NCBI GenBank assembly: GCA_019704295.1
Contig: AP024596.1
Location: 1 to 64,000, forward strand
Direction: 5' to 3'
Length of the DNA: 64,000 bases
Source: Sulfolobales archaeon HS-7
Lineage (GTDB): Archaea; Thermoproteota; Thermoprotei_A; Sulfolobales; Sulfolobaceae
Under the pieces are notes generated by a model. It ran no database searches, was not told the origin of the DNA, and saw only the letters and a list, made by a program, of their open reading frames with translations. The position numbers were made by a program, and so were the translations under genes. Positions 55,018 through 64,000 of this stretch are shown in pieces; positions within the stretch are counted from its first letter, which is position 1; each line of letters opens with the position of its first letter.

Positions 55018-55779
55018 ATGATATTGGAAGATCTTTCGTTACTAACTTCACTTTTAGCAGGAACCACGATATTTCTAGGAGGAATTGTAGAAGGCTTTGG
55101 TTATGGACTCTCATTGGGAACGAGCTGGCCATATACTAGGGACATCCATAAAGTCGCTATAAGAGGAGATCCGGAAGCCATACATAGGGTTTTAGCGACT
55201 CTTGTTGGTCTTTTTTCACTTGTTCTAATAATAACTTACTTTAGTGCTTTGACAATAATAGGGTTTATCTCCATAGTTTTTACTGCATTTCTTGGAATGG
55301 CAACGCTTTATGTGCTAGCAGGAAAGCTACCATCCTTCTTTCAAGGATTTCACGATATAGCAGCTTATACTACGTTCCTAACGTATATGCTACTTTTCAC
55401 GCAAGCTAAGGTTAACCTACTGGCATTCTTTACTAACCCCGTTCTTCTCTCTTTTTATGCTGTAATATTTATAGGAGGCACGGTGACGGGAATGAGGAAA
55501 ATGAAGAAACCCATAGGTTACTTTACGCTACCAAAGGAAGGACAGCAAATTGTATGGACGTTACACGGAATCTCTATCATAGTTTTGCTTTACTTCGCTC
55601 TTGTCTTCGGTTACCTTTATGCCTTCCTCTTCGTGATTCTCGACGCAGGTTTAGGAATGATAATGTACTACTTCATAAATAAGTCGCCACAAAAGCCGGG
55701 AATTTACGTCTCTCTTCATCAATTTCTTGCTATCTGTACGGCACTTACAATAGCTCTTTACGCTTTGAGAATTATCTGA
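55018..55779 (+). CDS. Heme A synthase/COX15-CtaA-like membrane protein
   Basis: 8 TM segments; EAIHR, FHD, LHG, LHQ histidines; SWP loop. Confidence 0.7.
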   Translation: MILEDLSLLTSLLAGTTIFLGGIVEGFGYGLSLGTSWPYTRDIHKVAIRGDPEAIHRVLATLVGLFSLVLIITYFSALTIIGFISIVFTAFLGMATLYVLAGKLPSFFQGFHDIAAYTTFLTYMLLFTQAKVNLLAFFTNPVLLSFYAVIFIGGTVTGMRKMKKPIGYFTLPKEGQQIVWTLHGISIIVLLYFALVFGYLYAFLFVILDAGLGMIMYYFINKSPQKPGIYVSLHQFLAICTALTIALYALRII

Positions 55780-55836
55780 GTTCAAAAATTTGAACCAGCA
55801 GGTCCTTTTAATAGTTTAGAGAATGTATTTTTCCTC

Positions 55837-56664
55837 ATGAGATTAATTTATTACATGATTAAAAGATTCCTCACGAATAAGTACAATTGGGGTTATGGAG
55901 TAGCCTTTGTGTTATTCTGGGTTCTCATGGGGGCTTACGTTTTTTCATCTCAAATGCCTTTAGAGAAAACGCCGGACTATTACTATACAGCTGCTTGGAC
56001 GGGAATGGCTATTCTAATGACTTTAGGAACGATAGGTATAGGAGCAACGGCGGTAGTTAGTTTCCAAACGGGGAGTTTATCTCACCTCCTTAGGTTCTCT
56101 AAATTAACGTCAAAATACTACGTAATTTCGGTATATGCAGGTACGATCCCCTCATCCCTGGTTTTCGGAATACTTATAGTAGCTTGCGTATATTTAACAT
56201 TCTCCGAACACTTCGGGTTCAACTTAGCTCCCTCTAATATGCCCGGCCTCTTGTTGGCATCCATTCTAGGAGGGACCTTTATGACGTCCTTGTCTTTTTT
56301 CCTTAACTTAATAATTCTAAAGACTTCTAGGAAGATGGAACAACTTATTTTCTTCATACCGTTAATACTTTCATATTTGTTTGGTTTCGGATACCTTTAT
56401 TTGAATTTGAGTTCCGCAGTATATTTATCCCCCTTTACAGCAATTGATTCCCTAATAATGGAATTTTACTTGAATAAGTCAATTCCGTTAAACTTCTCGT
56501 CGTTAGTTGATGGCAATTACTTAACCGCAACAGGAGGGACTGTTGTATCTCCTGTTTTAGCAATAGCTTCGCTTGTAGTGTGGACAGTTGTTTTAACGTT
56601 TATCGGAATCTACTTTGTCAGAAGCGTTTACTATAAACCGTTAGAGGAGGGGAGAATAGCGTGA
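55837..56664 (+). CDS. ABC-2-type exporter permease
   Basis: 6 TM segments; coupled to the ABC ATPase. Confidence 0.75.
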   Translation: MRLIYYMIKRFLTNKYNWGYGVAFVLFWVLMGAYVFSSQMPLEKTPDYYYTAAWTGMAILMTLGTIGIGATAVVSFQTGSLSHLLRFSKLTSKYYVISVYAGTIPSSLVFGILIVACVYLTFSEHFGFNLAPSNMPGLLLASILGGTFMTSLSFFLNLIILKTSRKMEQLIFFIPLILSYLFGFGYLYLNLSSAVYLSPFTAIDSLIMEFYLNKSIPLNFSSLVDGNYLTATGGTVVSPVLAIASLVVWTVVLTFIGIYFVRSVYYKPLEEGRIA

Positions 56665-57422
56665 TAGAGCTTAAGGACGCCGTAGTGGAACTAGGAGGGA
56701 AGGAGATAATTAAACAGACCTCAACTAGGATTTCCGGTAAGACCGTACTTTTAGGTCCTAACGGTTCAGGTAAAACAACTTTGCTAAGGGCTATGGCAGG
56801 GGTGATTCCTTATCGAGGGAGCATAATGATAAATGGAATAGAAGTGAAGCGAGCTAGAAACGTTAACGCAATCTCTACAAACCTTCCTGAGGCATTCGTC
56901 TTGGGCCTCACCATGGAAGATGTGATTTACCTTTATGAGGAAATAAAGCAACTAGACGGAGAGAAGGCAAGGGAAATGTTAAGGGAAGTTGGAATAACGG
57001 ACCTCAAGAAAAAGGTTTACGAACTCTCCGCAGGCCAGGGCGTTCTATTCCGTACGATTATCGCTCTTTCGTCAGAACCCGAGGTTATTTTACTTGATGA
57101 GCCTTTTGAAAACGTAGATGCTGCGAAAAGGTATAAAGTTGCTAACTGGATTAAGGAGTTCGGAAAAGAGGGCGTAATTGTAACTCATGAATTGGATATA
57201 GCAAAGACGTTTAAGAGTTACGATTCGCTAATTATCCTTGAGGGAAGGCTGCACGGACTCGTGAATTTAGGTGAGCTACTGGACTCGACAATAGAAGAAG
57301 GGGAAGTGCCCGGTGCTATCCTTTATATGAACGTTGGAGGAAGGAAGTTCTCCTTGATAAAGCAAGGGAAAGGGAAGAAGTTCGAAGATCTGATTCTATT
57401 GGACAGGATTTACAATATCTAG
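56661..57422 (+). CDS. ABC transporter ATP-binding protein
   Basis: GPNGSGKT, LSAGQ, LLDEP, TH motifs. Confidence 0.93.
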   Translation: MIELKDAVVELGGKEIIKQTSTRISGKTVLLGPNGSGKTTLLRAMAGVIPYRGSIMINGIEVKRARNVNAISTNLPEAFVLGLTMEDVIYLYEEIKQLDGEKAREMLREVGITDLKKKVYELSAGQGVLFRTIIALSSEPEVILLDEPFENVDAAKRYKVANWIKEFGKEGVIVTHELDIAKTFKSYDSLIILEGRLHGLVNLGELLDSTIEEGEVPGAILYMNVGGRKFSLIKQGKGKKFEDLILLDRIYNI

Positions 57423-57431
57423 GTAATTGCC

Positions 57432-58058
57432 TTGGAAAAAAGAAACTTAGTTAGGGAATCGGAGGAAATAGCATGGAAAATTATAAGGAGGAAGTTCAGG
57501 TTAACGCTAGCTAGATACTATCTTCTCTGGAGTACTTTGCCCATAATATTTTCCCTTATTTACAGTGTTATTCCTTACTCCTCCGATCTATATTACGTAG
57601 TTACTCCTGTGGTTTATGTACCGTATTTCCTATTTACTACCGTTTTATTCAGGAGAGCTTATAATGTGTATAGAAGACTTGTACTCTCCGGTTCCGAAAG
57701 AAGTATTTCAAGATCTGGTAAAGTGGATTGGTTTAGTTTAGAATTTGCATTAATAACGCTAATTTACGTAATTGCTTTCGGGTTAATCTACTACGGAGTC
57801 GCAACCTCAACCGTAGTTTTTACGATAGTTGGCGGAGTAATTTTCGGTGTCATGTTGTTATGGGGTTTCATGTCCGCAATTAGACTTACTGGTCGGCTAA
57901 GATATTACGATGTAGTAGCTGTGATAACTCTGTTCTTCACAATTGTTGCTCTTTTCATTCCTTTTAGTAACGTAAATCTATTGATTTACTACGCCTTTAG
58001 CCTATCCTGGATATTCGCAGGTTATGCTTCCTTTATGGAGGTTCAGAACAGTGAGTGA
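57432..58058 (+). CDS. Hypothetical membrane protein
   Basis: 208 aa, about 6 TM segments; AGGT RBS; in operon. Confidence 0.7.
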   Translation: MEKRNLVRESEEIAWKIIRRKFRLTLARYYLLWSTLPIIFSLIYSVIPYSSDLYYVVTPVVYVPYFLFTTVLFRRAYNVYRRLVLSGSERSISRSGKVDWFSLEFALITLIYVIAFGLIYYGVATSTVVFTIVGGVIFGVMLLWGFMSAIRLTGRLRYYDVVAVITLFFTIVALFIPFSNVNLLIYYAFSLSWIFAGYASFMEVQNSE

Positions 58059-58359
58059 CGAACTTAAGAGGTTAATTGATTTACTTTCCACTCCCGCTTT
58101 TTCCAACTCCGTCAGAGTTGGGATACTTCTCTCCCTTCTATACCTAGATCGGATCACCTTTACCGATCTCCTTAAAACTTTAGACTTACCTAAAAGTACT
58201 CTCTTTACGCATTTACAGGTTCTTCAAGATGAGGGACTAATTCTGATGAAGAAGGGCCTAACCTTAGACGGGCCTAGAACATTCATAGTACTTACCGATA
58301 AAGGGAAGGAGTTGATTAATCAATACCTAACCCTTGTAAAGCGACTTAACGAACATTAA
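58051..58359 (+). CDS. Winged-helix transcriptional regulator (ArsR/HTH_34-like)
   Basis: FTDLLKTL..KSTLFTHL..L...PRT...LTDKG; GGAGGT RBS before GTG 58051. Confidence 0.85.
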   Translation: MSDELKRLIDLLSTPAFSNSVRVGILLSLLYLDRITFTDLLKTLDLPKSTLFTHLQVLQDEGLILMKKGLTLDGPRTFIVLTDKGKELINQYLTLVKRLNEH

Positions 58360-58439
58360 CCGTTTCTTAACACTACGTAATATGTGTTTTACAACGCCTT
58401 TAGCTATACCCACACTTTCAAAGGGCTATCACGAAGTTC

Positions 58440-58463
58440 AGTTTCGTTCACCTCTCAATTTAC
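58440..58463 (+). promoter_or_regulatory. Putative DNA-damage-responsive promoter element upstream of the polB2 operon
   Basis: AGTTTCG-N8-TCAATTTAC, identical at 16 fixed positions to 60967-60990 on the minus strand; contains ANTTTC. Confidence 0.65.
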
Positions 58464-58508
58464 GGATAGTACAACATCCGTTAATTATGTTTAGTGAACG
58501 TACTATTT

Positions 58509-58754
58509 ATGGGAAGGACGATCCCATCATTAACTGACGCAATAAGGGAAGAGCAATCTAGATTGATTAGAGTGGCAATGAAAATCAGGGATGAGAGATT
58601 GAGGGCAAAGCTGATCCAGGGTATAGAATCCTCTCGACTCCTTCAGGACGCGTTTTATGACGAGATAGCAGATCCTCAGGAAATAGTTCTCCTTTCAATA
58701 ATTCTCAGCATGTGTGATTGCGGTGATAGGTTACCTTCTGGACGCAATTCCTAA
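58509..58754 (+). CDS. Small PolB2-associated protein (arCOG07300-like)
   Basis: MGRTIPS N-terminus; directly upstream of polB2. Confidence 0.75.
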   Translation: MGRTIPSLTDAIREEQSRLIRVAMKIRDERLRAKLIQGIESSRLLQDAFYDEIADPQEIVLLSIILSMCDCGDRLPSGRNS

Positions 58755-60423
58755 AAGGGGAGGGCTCGAGGTAGTTTTAGACGGAAATAGGAGGAGTTTC
58801 GTCAGGACGACCTTCCCTATATACATCATTACGGACGAACCGGAGAAAGTGATGCAATATCCCTCTGTTCTCTCTTACGAAAGAGAGGAATGGTTCGCAC
58901 CTCCAGATTACAAGAGGAAGATAACCCTTTTTAGATATGAATTGGACAGCGTAAATGCCTTTTACTACCTTGTTAAAAAATGTAACGTTGTTAATACCTT
59001 TCCCTCAGTAGTTACCCAGACTCTTCTTAGACTTGGAGTTTTGCCGACTCATCTAATCGAGGTGGGAAATAAAGTGCGCCTTATGGAACCTGAGGACTCC
59101 TTAGTAGAGCCTAAGCTCACCATAGTTACCGTAGAGAGATATGACTGGTACGGCATTACCCCAAAAGGTCGGTATTATAGAGTTTACAGAAATTACGAGT
59201 TGATTGAGGAGGGCAAGGGAGTAATGCCGAGATTTACCGCAGATATAGCGGAATGTATAGGTAACTGCAACGTAGAATCTCCTATTGTAATTAACAGAAC
59301 GAGGAGTTTCCTGAAGGCTAGGCAGTTAATTGAATGGTCACGGGTGGGGAGGGTATTGCTAAGGGAAGTGATGTACTCCACAATAGGTAAAGTGCTGACA
59401 ACGAACGAGGCTGTTCACGCACTGAGGAGAAAATACATCGTTCCTCGGATAAAAACCAATGTAGAGAAGTTGAAAACCTTGGACGAACTTAGTTACATGG
59501 ATAAGGGAGGACTAATTCTGATCCCTAGACCTGGATGTTACAATAACGTTAAGCAAATCGATTTCTCCTCAATGTACCCTACAATAATCTCTAGATTCAA
59601 TATATCCCCAGAGACTGTTGATGAGTGCGACGATGTAGATGCGGGAGTTCATAAGATATGTACGAAGAGAAGAGGTCTTGTGGCAGAGGCAATAGAGTGG
59701 TTAATCGATAGAAAAGAAAAACTGAAGTCAATAGATGAGGAGAGGGCGGAAGCCGTAAAGTGGATCCTCGTGGCCTCCTTCGGCTATCTCGGTTATCGTC
59801 ACTCGCGTTTTGGCAGGATAGAGGCCTATGAATCAGTAACTTATATTGCGAGGAAAACCCTTAGAAAAGCCCTTCAGGTCCTCGGCGACAGAGCTATACA
59901 CGGGATAGTCGACTCCGTTGCTTATCAAGGTGACAAATCTCTCGCGGAGAAGGTAAGGGAAGTAACCGGCATGAAGCTTAAGGTGGAGAGTTACGACTGG
60001 TTCGTCATATCGGAAAGCGGAGGAGACGGAGTGCCTACAAGGTACTTCGCTCGTGGAAACGGAATGAAGGTAAGGGGGGTAATAAGGAGAAACATGCCTA
60101 ACCTAGTAAAGGATTTTCTAGCAAATGCGCTCAAGGTTATGCAGAAGGCAGATAGTTGCGAGGAACTTTTGTACGTGATACCAGATATTTATACCCTATA
60201 TCGAGAATACAAAAGAAGGAATTTCGAGCCCAGAGATTACGTTATTGAAGTCAACGGTAACTACCTCATAAGGGGGAATTCCGGATTTTATAACGCCGAA
60301 CTCGGGTTTCATGGTGGCGATAGGGAGTATTATTTGAATTACCTTAATAGAGCTCTTAGTACATTACTTAAGCCCATTGTAGGAGTCCCGGGGAATAGGC
60401 CTTCCCTAGCATCTCATGAATAG
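58714..60423 (+). CDS. dpo2: Family B DNA polymerase PolB2 (Dpo2)
   Basis: DFSSMYP, KWILVASFGYLG, HGIVDS (degenerate YGDTDS); no exonuclease motifs. Confidence 0.92.
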   Translation: MIAVIGYLLDAIPKRGGLEVVLDGNRRSFVRTTFPIYIITDEPEKVMQYPSVLSYEREEWFAPPDYKRKITLFRYELDSVNAFYYLVKKCNVVNTFPSVVTQTLLRLGVLPTHLIEVGNKVRLMEPEDSLVEPKLTIVTVERYDWYGITPKGRYYRVYRNYELIEEGKGVMPRFTADIAECIGNCNVESPIVINRTRSFLKARQLIEWSRVGRVLLREVMYSTIGKVLTTNEAVHALRRKYIVPRIKTNVEKLKTLDELSYMDKGGLILIPRPGCYNNVKQIDFSSMYPTIISRFNISPETVDECDDVDAGVHKICTKRRGLVAEAIEWLIDRKEKLKSIDEERAEAVKWILVASFGYLGYRHSRFGRIEAYESVTYIARKTLRKALQVLGDRAIHGIVDSVAYQGDKSLAEKVREVTGMKLKVESYDWFVISESGGDGVPTRYFARGNGMKVRGVIRRNMPNLVKDFLANALKVMQKADSCEELLYVIPDIYTLYREYKRRNFEPRDYVIEVNGNYLIRGNSGFYNAELGFHGGDREYYLNYLNRALSTLLKPIVGVPGNRPSLASHE

Positions 60424-60922
60424 ATACGCGAATTTCAGAATAAGGTCTAGACGGATGCTTAATTAGCTGAAACAAGTAACCCTTATACCCCTTTTTCACC
60501 CTAATAATCGCGTTCATTTCGTGAAGGTTAAAGTGATCTGCGTATGGTCTATCGTTAATCTCTCGAGTGAAGACAAAGGCCCTTCTTCTAAGGGAGGAGG
60601 AGATTTTGGTGAAAAGCTTTCCGTGATGATAAGGATCTATTACTATTACCTCTCCTTCAACTGAATCGATTGTAGGAGCTACATCTTCAGCTTTAAATGC
60701 CCTCTTTACGTAAATTAGTGAACTGTTCTGAAGTATTCTCTGAAATCTTTTTATCGTGAATGGGTCGAGTCTGCCGAACTCTTGGACGATCACTACGCTT
60801 ATGGGCGCAGAGATCGCTGCCGTTCTATGGGCTAAAAGGAGTACGTCGTTCCAACTTCCGAAGAACTCAACCCTTTCCTCTGTTCTTATAAGCTCGTCTA
60901 CCTCGGGAATTCCGGTCCGCAT
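60368..60922 (-). CDS. Inactivated RadA/RecA-like ATPase associated with PolB2
   Basis: RTGIPEVDELI...VEFFG start without Walker A Lys; KRAF, LIKHP. Confidence 0.75.
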   Translation of the reverse strand: MRTGIPEVDELIRTEERVEFFGSWNDVLLLAHRTAAISAPISVVIVQEFGRLDPFTIKRFQRILQNSSLIYVKRAFKAEDVAPTIDSVEGEVIVIDPYHHGKLFTKISSSLRRRAFVFTREINDRPYADHFNLHEMNAIIRVKKGYKGYLFQLIKHPSRPYSEIRVSIHEMLGKAYSPGLLQWA

Positions 60923-60966
60923 AAGTACGCTTTTGAGTAATTAGCAAAAAGCGATACCTTACTTAG

Positions 60967-60990
60967 GTAAATTGACACTTACCCGAAACT
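60967..60990 (-). promoter_or_regulatory. Second copy of AGTTTCG-N8-TCAATTTAC, upstream of the inactive RadA gene
   Basis: Plus strand GTAAATTGA-CACTTACC-CGAAACT; begins 68 nt from the ATG. Confidence 0.65.
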
Positions 60991-61365
60991 TTACTCAATC
61001 TTTACTTTTACTGCTCCTTCTATAGGTATTCTTAGGGAAAGGACTCCGTTCTCGTACTTGCCTTCTACTGTAGCGTCCTTCGGAGTTTTTACGGGTAGTC
61101 TTACGGCCCTGGAAATCCTCCTAGGTCGCTGAGAAGAATATTTTATCCCTGGCATCTTCTCATCTTCTTTCTTCGCCTCAATTAATAGCACGTTGTCCGA
61201 TCTTATCCGTACGTGGATGTTATCCTTATTGAAACCGGGTAAATCGACCATTATGACGAGCTCGTTTCCTTCTTCGTACATGTCAATTGGGGGGAGAACC
61301 CTTTCGTAGAACTCCCTCGTAAGTTCGTCAAGTTGTTTCGATATCTCCCTTAATATCATCTCCAT
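60991..61365 (-). CDS. hsp20: Small heat-shock protein (Hsp20/alpha-crystallin family)
   Basis: PPIDMYE, DLPGF, KYENGVL motifs; probable ATG 61365. Confidence 0.92.
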   Translation of the reverse strand: MEMILREISKQLDELTREFYERVLPPIDMYEEGNELVIMVDLPGFNKDNIHVRIRSDNVLLIEAKKEDEKMPGIKYSSQRPRRISRAVRLPVKTPKDATVEGKYENGVLSLRIPIEGAVKVKIE

Positions 61366-61727
61366 TCTATTACACCTCTGTGAATATCTCACCGCTCAAA
61401 TATATTAGTGATGCCTTCTCCTGAATAAAAGTCTATATATTAGCCATAATAGGAGCCTTTTTCTTAACATAGAACCCATGTGAGAATGCGACTTCATAGA
61501 TATAACTATATCTACTGAATAAATAAGGCTTTCCTTAAGCAATTTTGGTGGCACGCTATAGTGAGCTAGTTAAGGGGGTTTCTAGGTTCCTCAACTTCTC
61601 CAGAGGACTCTATAGGCACTATGTCATCACACATTAAACTTAACGTATAGACGTTATTACCTTTTATTATTCATTTAGTTAGAAAATTAATAGTAATACT
61701 TTTAACCGAATCTTTAAACTAAGACCT

Positions 61728-62510
61728 ATGATATCCGAGAAAGAAGTCGGAATTAAGGCAAGCGACGGAAGTAATATAATTGCGTTTCAGGCTTCCCCAG
61801 AACATTACACTGCAGGGATAATAGTCATACATGAGATATTCGGGTTGACCGATTACATAAAGAATGTAGCAAGAAGACTGGCTAATGAGGGTTATTTAGC
61901 CGTGGCTCCTAACCTTTACTCAAGGAAAATTAACGTGCTAACTCCGGAGAACATAGCGGGTGTGATGAGGAGGTTCTGGTCGCTACCGCCTGAGAAGAGG
62001 AATGATGCACAAGCTATTTCCCAGCTCTTATCGACCTTATCAGAAAAGGAAAAGGAGGTATATTCTACTCTAATGCAGAACAGAGATTCGCTGGAGAATC
62101 AGATGTTAGACGACCTTAAATCTGTACACAAATACGTAATGGACTCCGGTGCTAAAAAGATCGGTGTTATAGGTTTTTGTATGGGAGGAGGTCTATCCTT
62201 CCAAATCTCGACTATGGTTCCATTTGATGCAACTGTAGTATATTACGGAAGGAACCCTCGAAACATAGGCGACATATCTAAACTAAAGGGACCGGTTTTA
62301 GCCATGTATGCTGGGGAGGACAGCGGTATAAATGCTGGACTTCCTGAACTTATGTCGGCGATCATAAAGTACAAGCCCTCATTTGAAATGAAGCTCTATC
62401 CAGGTACTTACCACGCATTTGCAACTGAAGGAGGACCTGTCTATAACGAGGCTGCAGCAAAAGACGCATGGGAAAGAACGGTTAACTTTTACAAGAAGAA
62501 CTTAGGGTGA
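61728..62510 (+). CDS. Dienelactone hydrolase family protein
   Basis: HEIFG, GFCMGG, YYG, HAF motifs. Confidence 0.93.
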   Translation: MISEKEVGIKASDGSNIIAFQASPEHYTAGIIVIHEIFGLTDYIKNVARRLANEGYLAVAPNLYSRKINVLTPENIAGVMRRFWSLPPEKRNDAQAISQLLSTLSEKEKEVYSTLMQNRDSLENQMLDDLKSVHKYVMDSGAKKIGVIGFCMGGGLSFQISTMVPFDATVVYYGRNPRNIGDISKLKGPVLAMYAGEDSGINAGLPELMSAIIKYKPSFEMKLYPGTYHAFATEGGPVYNEAAAKDAWERTVNFYKKNLG

Positions 62511-62514
62511 TCAA

Positions 62515-62625
62515 ATGGAGGAAAAGAAGGGAGAAATCATTAATGATTGTTTTAACACGTGGGTAAGGATACTAGAAATGACTGAAAAAGAGATAAAGGG
62601 GAAAGATAGTAAGGGAGAAAAATAA
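62515..62625 (+). CDS. Small hypothetical protein, 36 aa (not in ORF track)
   Basis: GGTGA RBS overlapping the upstream stop; MEEKKGEIINDCFNTWVRILEMTEKEIKGKDSKGEK. Confidence 0.4.
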   Translation: MEEKKGEIINDCFNTWVRILEMTEKEIKGKDSKGEK

Positions 62626-62727
62626 ACCCCTTTTCCTTAAGTGTAGCTAATAGTTTCGTCCTTAACTCTGAAGGTAAAGAATTTAACTTACTTCGTGAAT
62701 TCTAGAAGCGTGGATATTACTTTTTCG

Positions 62728-63444
62728 ATGAAACCAGTGGAGATAGGAAAGAAAGTAGTCAACGAATGTGAAAAATACGTAACGGTCCTTTCTCCAAAAA
62801 TAGAAGACGAAACGTATAAATTAATACTAACTAAGGCATACGAGGGATGTAACGCTTTCATCTTCTCGCCAGATAGACGCGCTATAACTGCGTTAAATCT
62901 GCAAGCCAATAAGTACAGGTGGGAGGAAGAAGAGAGATTAGCGAATGACGCAAGAAAAATTGAAAGAAACCTGAAAATCGTGAATTACCTCTTATATATT
63001 ACCGGAATATTAGCCGCACTGGGAGTGGGGTTAAGTTATTACTTACTGGCGGGATTTCTCTTTTATATAGCCCTTATTGCGATTGTTGCTTCTACTGTGG
63101 CCATATACATCGTAGAATTACGAGAGAAGAAAAACTATAGTTGGAGGATCGCAATAAATAGAAAATTCCTTGAGGACTTCATAGAGGAGGTGAAGGAAGA
63201 TAGGAAAAAGATGAAGAGGAGAATATATGCTAAGGAAATTCCCGATGTAATCAATGACGTTATTATCGTAAACGAGAAGCAAGGTATTTCCTTCTCCGCA
63301 CTTGGATTAGAACAACGGGATAGAATTACTACTGTGTTAAGATTTCAAACCAGTGAAGTAAACATGTCACCTGTCATAAAATCTCTCTGTGGAGCTACGT
63401 GTCTTGAGGAATTTCTAACGGTAATAAACGCAAAGAGCTCGTAA
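62728..63444 (+). CDS. Hypothetical protein with a central TM hairpin flanked by charged helices
   Basis: ORF 62695-63444; probable ATG 62728. Confidence 0.65.
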   Translation: MKPVEIGKKVVNECEKYVTVLSPKIEDETYKLILTKAYEGCNAFIFSPDRRAITALNLQANKYRWEEEERLANDARKIERNLKIVNYLLYITGILAALGVGLSYYLLAGFLFYIALIAIVASTVAIYIVELREKKNYSWRIAINRKFLEDFIEEVKEDRKKMKRRIYAKEIPDVINDVIIVNEKQGISFSALGLEQRDRITTVLRFQTSEVNMSPVIKSLCGATCLEEFLTVINAKSS

Positions 63445-63452
63445 TACTGGTA

Positions 63453-64000
63453 CTATTCTGTCGTGTTGACGTTTATTTTCTTGATCTCCTTTTCATAGAG
63501 GGACGTTATTTCCTCCATCGTAATTATACCGAAGAATTCCCCCTTTTCTACTACAGGAGCCCATCTAGATTTTGTCCTGGCCATAACGTCCAACGCATCC
63601 TCTAGAGTGCTAGTCCTCCTAACAGAAGGCACCCCACTATGCGCGTACTTTTCAACAGTTCCCTCCTTATTGATAATATCTCTCATGTAAACTATTCCCT
63701 GGAATTTGTTATCCTCAGTTACTACTGGAAGCGAAAGGACAAGGTTCTTCTGCATCAACTCAAGCGCATTATCGACGCGGTCGGATGGTCGTATCATTAG
63801 TTTAACGAGGTTGCATTGTTCAACCCTAAGTTTTTCCATTACTGGCTGTTCGTATTCCCGTGCATGGGCTGGTGATTCCTTGCGTGTTGGTACTTGGGAT
63901 TTATATATAGTGTTATTACCCGTGATTAGGTAGGCGATAGCGACAGCTATCATTGCTCCAGGCAGTAATTGAAAGCTTCCGGTCATCTCCGTAACCATTA
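63453..64000 (-). CDS. CLC chloride channel/antiporter, C-terminal part with CBS pair (partial)
   Basis: VTEMTG, TIYKSQ, two CBS domains; runs off the window edge. Confidence 0.9.
   Translation of the reverse strand, partial: MVTEMTGSFQLLPGAMIAVAIAYLITGNNTIYKSQVPTRKESPAHAREYEQPVMEKLRVEQCNLVKLMIRPSDRVDNALELMQKNLVLSLPVVTEDNKFQGIVYMRDIINKEGTVEKYAHSGVPSVRRTSTLEDALDVMARTKSRWAPVVEKGEFFGIITMEEITSLYEKEIKKINVNTTE

Noticed and set aside
58714-60423. Degenerate polymerase motifs as a sign of a pseudogene
   Set aside because: Loss of exonuclease motifs and an altered motif C are normal for PolB2

Overview
A 64-kb chromosomal segment from a thermoacidophilic crenarchaeon, order Sulfolobales by gene content (GAT-QueC fusion, XPB-Bax1, Sua5, phosphomevalonate kinase plus diphosphomevalonate decarboxylase, PolB2 locus, Aap-type pilin, DUF929). 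It is mostly housekeeping and cell-surface genes. Several intergenic gaps hold decayed mobile DNA, but no intact transposase or TnpB ORF is present. I saw no rRNA, tRNA or CRISPR array. Main leads: (1) two inverted copies of one IS bracket an MFS sugar-porter gene like a composite transposon (50514-53306); (2) a vapBC pair sits between two direct copies of an SMN1-like IS200/IS605 non-autonomous element; (3) a promoter-hairpin/tnpB-3'-end junction without tnpB occurs twice, once fused to a different family's right end; (4) a small island (32.2-34.5 kb) holds a TAG-interrupted basic ORF, a PqqD/RRE-like protein and a second copy of the ORF's N-terminal PVNYNH motif; (5) a full-length bacterial-type ThrRS with an intact editing domain, unusual for Sulfolobales; (6) an identical bipartite motif AGTTTCG-N8-TCAATTTAC lies upstream of both the polB2 operon and the convergent inactive-RadA gene. 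Family assignments rest on motif recognition and recall, not database searches. Identity counts are manual.
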